This document shows positions 33,309 through 43,606 of a stretch of DNA of 64,000 nucleotides, piece by piece. Position 1 is the stretch's first letter. Every line of letters begins with the position of its first letter. The stretch is from positions 326,087 through 390,086 of the forward strand of contig JAKAWT010000001.1 in assembly GCA_021816845.1 (NCBI GenBank), read 5' to 3'. The translations under genes were made by a program, and so were the position numbers. The stretch is from a bacterium (GTDB lineage: Bacteria > Patescibacteriota > Dojkabacteria > JAKAPS01 > JAJZLI01). The notes beneath the pieces were generated by a model that saw only the letters and a list, made by a program, of their open reading frames with translations, ran no database searches and was not told where the DNA came from.

Positions 33309-34097
33309 TTATTTTTTTATTGTATAAATTGCATATCCAGGTGTCCATATTTTTTCATTATCAAAAAATTTATCTAGAATAATGAATATATTTTTAAAAT
33401 ATTTATTTATTATTAATAAAGGGAATATTACAGGTATATAACATAGTACATATATAAATAGGTGATGGTATTTTTTATTTTTTTGTAGTAATAGATCTTG
33501 TGATAAAACACCTAGGCATAAAAATTTGCCACCCCTTGGTGTAATAAATTTTATTTTAAAACCATGATCCGTTAGAATTTTTTTTAAAAAATAATGAGTA
33601 TATCTTGTGAAGTCAAAAGGCTCTTCGTGAACATTAAATATGAATGGTATTGTTATAAATAAGCCCCCTTCTTTTTTCAATATTCTGTTAAATTCTTTTA
33701 TGACATTTTCTGTATTATAAACATGTTCTAATACTTCAGTACATAATATCGCATCAAATGATTCATTTTTAACAGGGATATTATCTGCACTGCAGAGATA
33801 ATTGATATGTTTAAAATCATGATAATTGGTTTCTCCAAAATCAGTGCTACTATAGTTTAAATCTTTAAATATAGTCCTATAAGGACAGTCTCCAGCACCT
33901 ACATCTAATATTGACATATTTTTCTTTAATAATTTTCTTGCATATAATACAAGTCCTAATATAGTTGACCTTACGTATATGTTCTGTAGAACAAAGTCTT
34001 TTATTTTACTGTTTATTAGTTCATCATTTAGTACATCATAACTGGCATTAGTTATATATTTGTAGTACATTGATCTATTCTTTATTTTATTTTTCAT
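33309..34097 (-). CDS. Class I SAM-dependent methyltransferase
   Basis: ILDVGAG, FDAILCTEVLEHV, HEEPFDFTRYT; start uncertain. Confidence 0.88.
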   Translation of the reverse strand: MKNKIKNRSMYYKYITNASYDVLNDELINSKIKDFVLQNIYVRSTILGLVLYARKLLKKNMSILDVGAGDCPYRTIFKDLNYSSTDFGETNYHDFKHINYLCSADNIPVKNESFDAILCTEVLEHVYNTENVIKEFNRILKKEGGLFITIPFIFNVHEEPFDFTRYTHYFLKKILTDHGFKIKFITPRGGKFLCLGVLSQDLLLQKNKKYHHLFIYVLCYIPVIFPLLIINKYFKNIFIILDKFFDNEKIWTPGYAIYTIKK

Positions 34098-34145
34098 AAC
34101 ATGTAATATGAAATGATATAATAAATACATATACTTATCAATTTT

Positions 34146-35288
34146 ATGAAGAAAACTTCTATTTTAATAATCTCTGATGCCACAATATTTGGAGGTGCTG
34201 AGAATGGTTTGTATTTATTAATTAAATTCTTAGATAGGAAAAAATTTGATATTACTCTTGCTTGTACAGATTCATATAGGATAAATGTGTTATTAGAAAA
34301 AATTAAAGATTCTAATCTAAAAATAGTAAGATTTCCAGCGGCCAAGCATAGGGAATTTGATATCAAAACCTCATATAAATTAGCAAAAATTATTTATCAG
34401 TCCAATCCAGATATTATATATGTGAATTTCATACATCATTATTATTGTAAACCTGTAATGTTTGCGATATTTCCATTCTTAAGAAAATTCAAAGTTGTTG
34501 CAGCTGAACAGCTAATTCCAGATGAAGATGAATCACAGATTATCTTTTTTAAAAGATTTTTAAACCATTTATGGATTCATATTATAGATAAATTTATAAA
34601 AACATACATAGTAGTGTCTGATCAGAATAAGGAAACTTTTATTAAGAATTTCAATATAATGGATAAGAAAATAAACGTTATAAAAAATTCTATAGAAATA
34701 AAGGAGTTTAGTAAAGATAATGTATTTAGAAACGAAATGCATTTTTCTAAAAAAGATAAAATAATGGTTACTGTAGCAAGATTAAATATTCAAAAAGGGC
34801 ACATATATTTAATAAAGGCAATAAAACAGTTAGTAAAAAAATATAAAGACGTAAAATTTATTTTTGTTGGTGACGGAGAAATAGAGTCTTATCTTAGAGA
34901 GAAAGTTGCAGAGTATTCCCTAGATAGGAGTATTTTCTTTCTAGGTTTTAGGTCTGATATTGATAGTATTTTAAATTCAAGCGATGTATTTATATTGCCT
35001 TCTTTATTTGAAGGCTTACCATTTTCTTTATTGGAGGCAATGAATCATTCACTCCCAATTGTATCTACCAATGTTGATGGAAATGCAGAAGTTATAACAA
35101 ACAATTATAATGGGTATTTGGTGAATATTAAAAGTGTCTCTGCATTATATAATGCAATATCAAAATTGATAGATAATTATGATATAGATGGATTAAAATT
35201 AGGACAAAATGGATTTGATCGCTTAAAAAAAGATTTTAATATAAGGGAAAATATTAGAAAGTTTGAAGAATTATTTATTGCTTTGTGA
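34146..35288 (+). CDS. GT4 glycosyltransferase
   Basis: GGAE, VARLNIQKG, EGLPFSLLEAM. Confidence 0.92.
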   Translation: MKKTSILIISDATIFGGAENGLYLLIKFLDRKKFDITLACTDSYRINVLLEKIKDSNLKIVRFPAAKHREFDIKTSYKLAKIIYQSNPDIIYVNFIHHYYCKPVMFAIFPFLRKFKVVAAEQLIPDEDESQIIFFKRFLNHLWIHIIDKFIKTYIVVSDQNKETFIKNFNIMDKKINVIKNSIEIKEFSKDNVFRNEMHFSKKDKIMVTVARLNIQKGHIYLIKAIKQLVKKYKDVKFIFVGDGEIESYLREKVAEYSLDRSIFFLGFRSDIDSILNSSDVFILPSLFEGLPFSLLEAMNHSLPIVSTNVDGNAEVITNNYNGYLVNIKSVSALYNAISKLIDNYDIDGLKLGQNGFDRLKKDFNIRENIRKFEELFIAL

Positions 35289-35335
35289 AGATAGTTGTTG
35301 TTTTATAATGGTTTATATAAAGTAAGGATTAAACA

Positions 35336-36292
35336 CTAATCAAAACTCCTATAATCATATTTCTTACCTAAATTTTCTCTAAAACCATCTTTTAATGCAT
35401 TGGATAATACAACTAGGCGTAATATTTTTTTATCTAAAAAAAATATTATGAGTATATAATATTTTATATTGTATACTACATAATTTAATATTTCTTTTTT
35501 AGAAATAAGTTTGCTATTCTTTAGTATATATATATGATTCCGTATTCCATAGTATTCCTTCCATATCTGATTAGAAGAAATAATGTTAATATTTCTATTC
35601 AGAATTTTTTTTGTGTTAAACATATTTTTAGATACTTTATGCAGTAACTTACTATGTCTTATCCAGAATATTTCATATTTTTTGGATATTCTTAAGGTGA
35701 AGTCTAGATCATCTCCTTCTATAAATAAATGCTTATTTACATTACCTATCTCTTTTATAATTTTTGTTTTTATTAAAATACCTAATAGAGAAAATGTTCT
35801 TATTTTTACAAAATCTTCCTTGAAATCATTATTGTTTAATATTTCTTTATAAAATAAATAATCATTTCTCATAATTGCTTCTATTACTGCATTAAATGAG
35901 TCTTTAGTGTAAATAGTATTACAGCATAAAGCTCCAATTTTATTATTATTAAAATATTTGTTGTCAATAAGCTTTTCTAGTGCATCTTTATAAGGAATTG
36001 CATCATCATCCATTGCCCATATCCAGTCAAAATGTCTATAAGTCTTCTCAAATCCAAAATTGAACCCTCCTGCACCTCCTGTATTTTCTTTCAATTTAAA
36101 ATATCTAACTTTATCAAAAAGATTTTTTTCTTTTAAATATTCTTTTGTTCCATCTGTTGACGCATTATCTATAATATATATAGCATCTAATTTATGTGTT
36201 TGGTTTAATAGTGCATTTATATTCTCCTCTAAAAGTGTCTTTCTATTGAAAGTTACTACAACTGCTGCTATTTTAGGTTTTTTCTTATTCAT
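35336..36292 (-). CDS. GT2, probable galactofuranosyltransferase (GlfT1-like)
   Basis: VVTFNRK, NTGGAGGF, WAMDDDA, GDDLDF; overlaps glf. Confidence 0.8.
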   Translation of the reverse strand: MNKKKPKIAAVVVTFNRKTLLEENINALLNQTHKLDAIYIIDNASTDGTKEYLKEKNLFDKVRYFKLKENTGGAGGFNFGFEKTYRHFDWIWAMDDDAIPYKDALEKLIDNKYFNNNKIGALCCNTIYTKDSFNAVIEAIMRNDYLFYKEILNNNDFKEDFVKIRTFSLLGILIKTKIIKEIGNVNKHLFIEGDDLDFTLRISKKYEIFWIRHSKLLHKVSKNMFNTKKILNRNINIISSNQIWKEYYGIRNHIYILKNSKLISKKEILNYVVYNIKYYILIIFFLDKKILRLVVLSNALKDGFRENLGKKYDYRSFD

Positions 36293-37392
36293 TTCCTCTC
36301 TATCATATCAAATAAATCTAGTGCATTTCTGAAAGCTTGATCCATATTAAAATATTTATAATTAGCTAATCTCCCTACAAAGTATATATCTTTTAATTTT
36401 TCTGTTTCTTTTCTATATTCTTCATATAGTTTTTGATTTTTTGGATTTGGTACAGGATAATAAGGTTCTCCTTCCCAACTACTATATTCTCTTATTATAG
36501 TAGTTTTAGGATGTATTTGTCCTGTAGCTCTTTTATGCTCTGTAATCCTTGTAAAATCATAATCATTGGGATAGTTTACTGTGGTTGTAGGTTGATAATA
36601 TTCCTGATTTAAGGTTTCAAATTCAAATCTAATGGATCTATATTGTAATTTTTCGATATTTGAGAATTTATAGTCAAAAAATCTATCAATTTGACCTGTA
36701 TAGAATAACTTAGCATATGTACCTAGACTGTCTTTTATATCAAAATAATCTGTATTTAACCTTATCTCTATATTTTTGTGATTTAGTAGATTTTTAAAAA
36801 GTTTTGTATATCCATCTTTCGGTAGTGCTTGATATTTATCAGTAAAGTATCTGTCATCAAAATTTGTTCTTACTGGTATTCTATTCATCACTTCTGGTGC
36901 AAGTTCATTAGGGTATAAATCCCATTGTTTCTTAGTATAGTTTTTGAACATTTTTTGATAAAGAACTTTACCTACTCTTGCTAAGGCTGATTCTTCACTA
37001 TTTTGAGGATTTGCTATTTTTTCTGTATTCTCCTCTAACCATTGAACCATACCTTTTTCATCAAGATTAAGGTTAAATAACATATTAACTGTTTTAATAT
37101 TGACAGGAACCGGGACATACCTCCTATCTACAAAAGATAATACCCTATGTTCATATGGAACCCATTCTGAAAATCTATTTACATACTTCCAGACACCTTC
37201 ATCATTAGTATGGAATAGATGAGGCCCATATAGAGGAACAAGTAATCCATCAGAATTTATAAAATCATAGCAATTACCTCCTATATGATGCCTTTTCTCT
37301 ATGATTACCACCTTATATCCTTTATTTGCATATCTTTCTGCTAGAGTAGCTCCTGATATACCAGCACCTATTATTATAATTTTGTTATTCAT
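36289..37392 (-). CDS. glf: UDP-galactopyranose mutase
   Basis: GAGISG, HIGGNCYD, YGPHLFHT, NYTKKQW, EPYYP, GRLANYKYFNMDQ. Confidence 0.97.
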   Translation of the reverse strand: MNNKIIIIGAGISGATLAERYANKGYKVVIIEKRHHIGGNCYDFINSDGLLVPLYGPHLFHTNDEGVWKYVNRFSEWVPYEHRVLSFVDRRYVPVPVNIKTVNMLFNLNLDEKGMVQWLEENTEKIANPQNSEESALARVGKVLYQKMFKNYTKKQWDLYPNELAPEVMNRIPVRTNFDDRYFTDKYQALPKDGYTKLFKNLLNHKNIEIRLNTDYFDIKDSLGTYAKLFYTGQIDRFFDYKFSNIEKLQYRSIRFEFETLNQEYYQPTTTVNYPNDYDFTRITEHKRATGQIHPKTTIIREYSSWEGEPYYPVPNPKNQKLYEEYRKETEKLKDIYFVGRLANYKYFNMDQAFRNALDLFDMIERK

Positions 37393-37571
37393 ATGTAGAC
37401 TATTATATCAATATAGCTTAGAAACTCATATTATTTTAAGTTAAAGCGAAATTTTCTATTAAACTATAGTTTGTGTTGTTTTAAAGATAAATCTTATCTT
37501 TATTTGCCAATTCTTTTTTCTCTATATAAAATTAGGTATTAATTTAATTCTCCATAAATGAGGTAATAATA

Positions 37572-37856
37572 ATGTATAAAAAAGAATTAATAACAAGTGG
37601 TAATGTTATACAAAGTACCATAGATATAGATTTGCCAACTTTAAAAGTAGAATTAGAACAAGAGATAGGGGAGGCTAGTATTCTAAAGATAAGTGATTCT
37701 GAATATAGATCTCAAGACATAAAAAATATAGAGATAGGCAATGGAGTCTTAGTATTGACTATTGATAAAAATACATTCAAAGATCCATTGGAAATACAAA
37801 TAATGAATACTACGAATGGAGGAGATAGGTATGAGATTATATATACAAAAATATAA
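37572..37856 (+). CDS. Hypothetical protein (94 aa)
   Basis: ORF with GAGGT Shine-Dalgarno-like site 7 nt upstream. Confidence 0.55.
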   Translation: MYKKELITSGNVIQSTIDIDLPTLKVELEQEIGEASILKISDSEYRSQDIKNIEIGNGVLVLTIDKNTFKDPLEIQIMNTTNGGDRYEIIYTKI

Positions 37857-37965
37857 AAGATGAAGATAGGGTTCTATAAATCATAATCGTAATACATATC
37901 TATAATATAGTGGAAGTTTGTTAGCTTAAAAAGCATTAGATTGATGTATTATAAGATTAATTTTT

Positions 37966-38880
37966 TTATATTTTATCTAACATATTTAATTGCACTACTG
38001 CATTATAAAGTTGTCTGTAGCAATTTGCCATTTTAGGATTTTTTGGATCTAGTTTCCCGACATTTTTTGCTGCTTTTGCAAGTTTTAAAAGAACATTCGG
38101 TATATCCTTTTCTGGTATAGTTTTTATCTGTAATCCTCTAAAATTTGTAACTACACATCCTACTGCTCCAGGTAATCTTTTGACATTCACGGATCCATCT
38201 TCCAATAGATATGGGAGTTTCCATGTACTTGGTTTATTAGGATCACCTATGTAGGCAAAACAACGTGCTGGGAGCTTGTATGTGTTGTTTAGAAGTTCAT
38301 TATTAATTTCTTGATCTTTGTCTTTTATTAAATTTTCTTTTTTGTTGTCTTTAAATCTTATATCTATGTTTTTCTTCTTGTCTATTCCATTCACACTTAC
38401 ATAATATAAATCAGGATGTGGAACATTGTCGTCTAGAGATATAAAAATTCTTGGGTTGGTTGATCCTCCATCTACATTTAAAACATATAGTTTACTACCA
38501 TCAGAGATTGCTATTGTTGAAACTTTTTGTGTGTAGGCATATCCTAAAGCTTGATTTATATGTTTTTCTATTTGAAATTCATTCCAAGAAATTCCACCTG
38601 GTCTTTTTGCTTCAATAACAATTCTCTTAATTCCTAATTTAGTGATTTCTATATCAGCAAATCCTATCTGATAATTGATATCTCTAACATTCCAATCGAG
38701 TACTTCTGTAAATAGTATATGTAGAATATTTTCCGTTACTTTCTCTGGGGCATTACCATATCTTTCTTCTTGTACTAGAAAATCATTTCTTTTAGATAAG
38801 AATAAAGGCCAATTATTATTTATTCTTTCTTGGAATTTTATATATTTTGCCTGAGACCCATATCTCTCCACTTTTACCAT
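37966..38880 (-). CDS. HsdR-N-like PD-(D/E)xK endonuclease fused to a C-terminal domain of unknown function
   Basis: E-x-x-TE...LDW...FADI...VIEAKR...QALGYA...ISDG fits the type I restriction R N-terminal-like fold. Confidence 0.7.
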   Translation of the reverse strand: MVKVERYGSQAKYIKFQERINNNWPLFLSKRNDFLVQEERYGNAPEKVTENILHILFTEVLDWNVRDINYQIGFADIEITKLGIKRIVIEAKRPGGISWNEFQIEKHINQALGYAYTQKVSTIAISDGSKLYVLNVDGGSTNPRIFISLDDNVPHPDLYYVSVNGIDKKKNIDIRFKDNKKENLIKDKDQEINNELLNNTYKLPARCFAYIGDPNKPSTWKLPYLLEDGSVNVKRLPGAVGCVVTNFRGLQIKTIPEKDIPNVLLKLAKAAKNVGKLDPKNPKMANCYRQLYNAVVQLNMLDKI

Positions 38881-39005
38881 TATATATCTTAGATTAGAAA
38901 AAGAATATAAGTAAGGTTTATGTTTAGAGATACAAAGTTAAATAAACATCATTCTCAATATATATTTCTTTCCATTTTCCATTTATAGATGTTAGAATAT
39001 AGGGG

Positions 39006-40100
39006 ATGAAAGCAATTATAACAGCAGGTGGTAGAGGGACTAGGTTAAGACCTATCACTCACACTTTTAACAAGCATTTAATTCCTATTGCTAATAAACC
39101 CATTATAGAATATGCAATAGAGGCAGTTAGAGATTCTGGAATTTCTGATATTGGTGTTATATATAACGAAGGATCTAGATCTTCTGGATTAGATGAGCTT
39201 AGGGAATATTTAAAGGATGGAGAGAGATTTAATGTTAAAATCACATATATAAAGCAAAAAGAACCAATAGGACTAGCAGATTGTATTAGAGTATCCAAGG
39301 ACTTTATAGGGGATGATAAATTTGTATTTTATCTTGGGGATAATATGCTTGCATCTGGGATAAAGGAATTTAAAGAAGATTTTGAAAAAGACACTGAATC
39401 GACATGTTATCTTTTGTTATCTCAAGTCCCAGATCCACAAAGATTTGGAGTTCCTGTATTTGATAAAAATAAAAAATTGGTAAGAATAGAAGAGAAACCA
39501 GAAAATCCTCAAACTGATCTTGCAGTTACTGGTATATATTTTTATTCTCCTGAAGTATTTAGAGCATTTGAAGGGAAAGATCAAATACATCCATCAAAAA
39601 GAGGAGAATTAGAGGTATCAGATCTCCATCAATATTTACTAGATCACAACTATAAAATTAAAACATATAATGTATCAGGATGGTGGAAAGATACAGGGAA
39701 ACTGAATGATTTACTTTCTGCAAATAGGCTCATTCTTGAAAAACATCATATATATAAAAAGGGAGGAAGTGTTACTGATTCCACTGTAGAGGGGGACGTT
39801 GATATAGATAATGGTGCTATAGTTTCAAATTCTCTAATAAGAGGCCCTGTAGTAATAGGTAAGGATACGAAGATACTAAATAGCTATATTGGGCCATTCA
39901 CGTCTATAGATAATGGATGTAATATTACAGGTAGTGAGATTGAAAATTCCATAATATTAGAGAATACCACAATACTTGATGTTCCCTATAGGATTGATAG
40001 TTCACTTATTGGAAAAGATGTAAAAGTTATAAAAAAAGATAAAAGACCAAAAACAATATCTTTAATGATTGGTGATCATTCAGAGATTAGATTAGTCTAA
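39006..40100 (+). CDS. rmlA: Glucose-1-phosphate thymidylyltransferase, long form
   Basis: AGGRGTRLRPIT, YLGDN, EEKP, SKRGELE, WWKDTG, C-terminal beta-helix. Confidence 0.92.
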   Translation: MKAIITAGGRGTRLRPITHTFNKHLIPIANKPIIEYAIEAVRDSGISDIGVIYNEGSRSSGLDELREYLKDGERFNVKITYIKQKEPIGLADCIRVSKDFIGDDKFVFYLGDNMLASGIKEFKEDFEKDTESTCYLLLSQVPDPQRFGVPVFDKNKKLVRIEEKPENPQTDLAVTGIYFYSPEVFRAFEGKDQIHPSKRGELEVSDLHQYLLDHNYKIKTYNVSGWWKDTGKLNDLLSANRLILEKHHIYKKGGSVTDSTVEGDVDIDNGAIVSNSLIRGPVVIGKDTKILNSYIGPFTSIDNGCNITGSEIENSIILENTTILDVPYRIDSSLIGKDVKVIKKDKRPKTISLMIGDHSEIRLV

Positions 40101-40240
40101 TTAAAGAAATAGACAGGCAAGAAAAATAATCAGATATATATACTCTCAATTAATCATATTCTAATAAAATCAATCAAATACTAGTAAAATAGGAATATAT
40201 GCATATTGCCATAAACTATAGGATGTGATACAATAGCCTT

Positions 40241-40984
40241 ATGAAACATGAAGAAATGCCAATTTGGGATATACCGATATATTATGGAGAGACAAAGGAT
40301 GGAGATCCTCGTTTGGAGTTACTTCCTAATGGATTTTCTGCTAGAGTTAGAGTTTTAAGGAATGGTATTTTGGATGTATCTTCATATGAATATAATGATA
40401 CTGGGAGGGTTAAAAGCTCTATATCTCAAAATGCCATAGGAGATAGAGTATATTCTTGGTTTTTATATAGTTACAAAGATGATAACAATCTAAGTTTGTT
40501 TAGTGCACAGAAACGTAGTGTAACTCTCGATCAGTATGGAGGACTCTTAGATATCAGTGTTTTTGAAGATAGCTATGATGCTGATAATCAAATTTTAAAT
40601 AGAAGAGGAGTAGACAATGATGGAAGACAATCTTTAGAAGTATATAAATATGAAGAAGGTTTAGTACAAAGCAAGATTATTTTTAAGGATCATGATGTTG
40701 GTAGATTGGAGGAATATAAATACAAGTATGATCAGAAAGGTAGAATAATCAGTAGATCTGTATTAGATAATGATGGAAATATAATAGCGACAGATTTTTA
40801 TGAATATGATGGGGTTTTACCAGTGAGAAGAGGATCTAGTACTCTTGATAGAATAAGTATATATAAGGCACGTCTTATACTAGGAAGAATAAAAAAAGAT
40901 AGGACGAGAAAGAAAGATAGAAATTTTGTTGTATATGAAAACAGAGCTAACGATCTTGTAGCTATACTTGAAGCAGGAAGGTAG
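40241..40984 (+). CDS. YD/RHS-repeat-like protein
   Basis: Repeated YEYNDTGRV, YDADNQI, YKYDQKGRI, YEYDG. Confidence 0.6.
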   Translation: MKHEEMPIWDIPIYYGETKDGDPRLELLPNGFSARVRVLRNGILDVSSYEYNDTGRVKSSISQNAIGDRVYSWFLYSYKDDNNLSLFSAQKRSVTLDQYGGLLDISVFEDSYDADNQILNRRGVDNDGRQSLEVYKYEEGLVQSKIIFKDHDVGRLEEYKYKYDQKGRIISRSVLDNDGNIIATDFYEYDGVLPVRRGSSTLDRISIYKARLILGRIKKDRTRKKDRNFVVYENRANDLVAILEAGR

Positions 40985-40992
40985 TTAATTTT

Positions 40993-41544
40993 ATGGAGAC
41001 GGTTAATGGACTAGAACAGGGTATTTCACGTGAAGAATTCAGGGAAAAACTATTGATGTTATCTGATACATCATTATATCCTGCTTTTAGAATAACTGAT
41101 ATATTTGAGGCAAACCCATTTGATTTTATTGAAGATGAAAGACGTGCACATGTAAAAGTTCAAAATATAATTGGAGCCCCATATCTTGGTACTGAAAAAT
41201 TCAGAAATTGGGGAGATATTCAAAATAGAGAATCTAGATCTGAAGGAATAGGGGATAGAGGACTTGGTCCTAGATGGGAAGTGTATATGTATGAACTTAC
41301 AAAACAGATAGAAAGTAAAGGAATCGAGAGTGTGTCAATTTTTGATGGACCTATTTATCTTGATGAATTTCAAGGAGTTTATTATGTAGACTTAAATGGA
41401 ACACGTAGGATTGTTGCAGCTAAACTTCTTGGACTTGATGAGGTTCCAGCAATAGTCACAAAGATAATAACAAAATATGGAGTTGATCCTTGGAAATTTT
41501 CAAAAGCTCAAAGAAGAATACGAAAATTAAACTATCTCTTCTAA
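40993..41544 (+). CDS. ParB/sulfiredoxin N-terminal-domain-like protein
   Basis: PIYL...YYVDLNGTRRIVAAKLLG-x-x-EVPAIV resembles the DG-x-x-R-x-x-A motif. Confidence 0.65.
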   Translation: METVNGLEQGISREEFREKLLMLSDTSLYPAFRITDIFEANPFDFIEDERRAHVKVQNIIGAPYLGTEKFRNWGDIQNRESRSEGIGDRGLGPRWEVYMYELTKQIESKGIESVSIFDGPIYLDEFQGVYYVDLNGTRRIVAAKLLGLDEVPAIVTKIITKYGVDPWKFSKAQRRIRKLNYLF

Positions 41545-42252
41545 TTTTTTATACAAGAATACCTCAGATAGTATTGTTATAGGGATTGTTATAAGAAGCC
41601 CTATAAGTAACAAGAATGCTCCTACAACATTTAATATCACTAACATTAGAAGTACACCAAATATCTTCCATTTTTTCCCTTTTGTAATATGATAACTTTC
41701 TTTTATTGATTCTATTATCTGTTTATTTTGGTCAATAATAATGTATTGGTAGAAAGAGAATGCAATACTATACATTACTAGAAATACAGAAAGTACTATT
41801 GCTATAATTATGAATAGTAGGAATATTAGTGATCTTTGGAGTGCAAAATGTGTCATCAATGCTAGAGATCCTAAAATTAGAAGATATACAATAACAAAGC
41901 CTATACCAACTAAAATTGACCCACCTATATAGTTCCAGAATCTATTATCAAATTTTACATAACTTGAAAATTTAGAAAGTTCTAATTTTTCTCCACTATA
42001 AACTCTTAGTGCAGTGAGTATGAATAGATATCCATAGACGAAGCTAAAGGCAATAAGTATTATATAAAATACTGTCCCTAAGAATCCTGTATGTCCTACC
42101 AGGTACTCAAGTACAAAATATACCACACCAAAAATAAGTATGGATATGATATAAAATACTAAATTTTGAAAAGTTTTATTCCACCCAAAAGAAAATACTT
42201 CTGCTACAGAGAATGTCTTCTTGCTGTTATCTTCTGATGAGTTATTATCCAT
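41527..42252 (-). CDS. Integral membrane protein (DUF975-like)
   Basis: Multiple TMs, IIESIKESYHITKGKKWK, GLLITIP. Confidence 0.75.
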   Translation of the reverse strand: MDNNSSEDNSKKTFSVAEVFSFGWNKTFQNLVFYIISILIFGVVYFVLEYLVGHTGFLGTVFYIILIAFSFVYGYLFILTALRVYSGEKLELSKFSSYVKFDNRFWNYIGGSILVGIGFVIVYLLILGSLALMTHFALQRSLIFLLFIIIAIVLSVFLVMYSIAFSFYQYIIIDQNKQIIESIKESYHITKGKKWKIFGVLLMLVILNVVGAFLLLIGLLITIPITILSEVFLYKKLEEIV

Positions 42253-42332
42253 ATACTTTGTATTTTATACTTACTTTTCAATATTTCAATATATGGAGGA
42301 ATAATACTTATGTTTATTTACTAATTAGGAGA

Positions 42333-43487
42333 CTATCTTTTGTTATAATATTTTTTTAAATTATCTGATATTTTGCTGTATAAAAATTTATCAGCATATT
42401 TTGTAGCATTCTTACTATAACTATCATAGTTTTCATTTATCTTTACTACTGCATTGAGCATTTCTTGTTTTTCTAGTGTTGTTAATATACCATTTTTATT
42501 ATTCTCTATAAGGTCTATTGCTGCATTATCCTCACCATTAAAACATATAACTGGAAGTCCTAATGCTAGAGCTTCTATCGTTACTATGGAGAAACCTTCT
42601 CTTTTTGATAGCATCATAAAGATCTTAGAACTTTTCATTATTCTAAATACTTCATTATTATCTTCTATAAAACCAGTAAACTTAATATTCAAATCAAGCT
42701 TTTTTGCCATATTCTTTAGATTATTTAATTCTTTCCCACCTCCTATTATTAAAGCTTTAAGATTAATTTTTCTATCTTTTGCATATTTTACAAGGTCTAT
42801 TATTTTGTCTACATTTTTAAAATCAAGAAGTCTTCCAGCATAACAAAGGTCATATTTTTTATTCTTGTTATCTATTTTTTTTATAGCATCTCTAATTCCA
42901 CTTGGTATCACAATGATTTCTCCTTTTTTATGTTGTTGTATTTTCTCTTTTGTATGTTTCGATATTGCTATTATATTTGTTGATAGCTTTAATGCTAAAT
43001 ATTGAACCACAAACCCTATACTGCCAAAAAGTAGTCCAGAATACTTTATCCAATATTTAAAATCCCACCATTCATGCCATATGGTTACAACCCTTGGGTC
43101 TGGATCCTTTGGGCCTAGGCCCTTTGGTTTTAATTTTTTTAATAAAAGTGCAAATCTTAGTGTAAATATAGGGAAATAAGGCATAGATTGAATTTCTATA
43201 ACATCAAAATTGTTTTTTATAAGGAATGGGAAAAGTTTGATTGCAAATATGATGGGTTCTAAGGTTTTTCTATTTCCATCAGGTTTATATATATCAGAGT
43301 GTTTAAAAATTGCGTGATATGTAATTTTATCTCTTATTATGGTATCGGAACATTCCCATCCTTTCATACCTACTAGATGTATTTCGTATGAGTCTTTTAG
43401 ATATGTAGAGATATTATATATTCTCTGTTCTACTCCACCTATTTGGTATGGGTATATTAGATCATATATAAATAGTAATTTCTTCAT
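42333..43487 (-). CDS. GT4 glycosyltransferase
   Basis: YPYQIGGVE, TIWHE, GRLLDFKN, EGFSIVTIEA. Confidence 0.92.
   Translation of the reverse strand: MKKLLFIYDLIYPYQIGGVEQRIYNISTYLKDSYEIHLVGMKGWECSDTIIRDKITYHAIFKHSDIYKPDGNRKTLEPIIFAIKLFPFLIKNNFDVIEIQSMPYFPIFTLRFALLLKKLKPKGLGPKDPDPRVVTIWHEWWDFKYWIKYSGLLFGSIGFVVQYLALKLSTNIIAISKHTKEKIQQHKKGEIIVIPSGIRDAIKKIDNKNKKYDLCYAGRLLDFKNVDKIIDLVKYAKDRKINLKALIIGGGKELNNLKNMAKKLDLNIKFTGFIEDNNEVFRIMKSSKIFMMLSKREGFSIVTIEALALGLPVICFNGEDNAAIDLIENNKNGILTTLEKQEMLNAVVKINENYDSYSKNATKYADKFLYSKISDNLKKYYNKR
43096..43125. repeat. 2 x 15-nt palindromic-core array in a GT4 gene
   Basis: gggtctggatccttt / gggcctaggcccttt (perfect GGGCC-TA-GGCCC); encodes KGLGPKDPDP. Confidence 0.85.
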
Positions 43488-43606
43488 GTGGAGATCCTTT
43501 GTATAATTATATCTAAAAAAGTTAGTTTTATGAAGTTTTTGAATTTATTTCCTTTAATATTGTTTTAATATTAAAATATTATAAGATAAAGTCTAAACAT
43601 TAAAAT

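Noticed and set aside
41230-41274. Possible 15-nt array (gaatctagatctgaa / ggaataggggataga / ggacttggtcctaga)
   Set aside because: The middle unit has no symmetry and the third has a 3-nt spacer; too degenerate to count.
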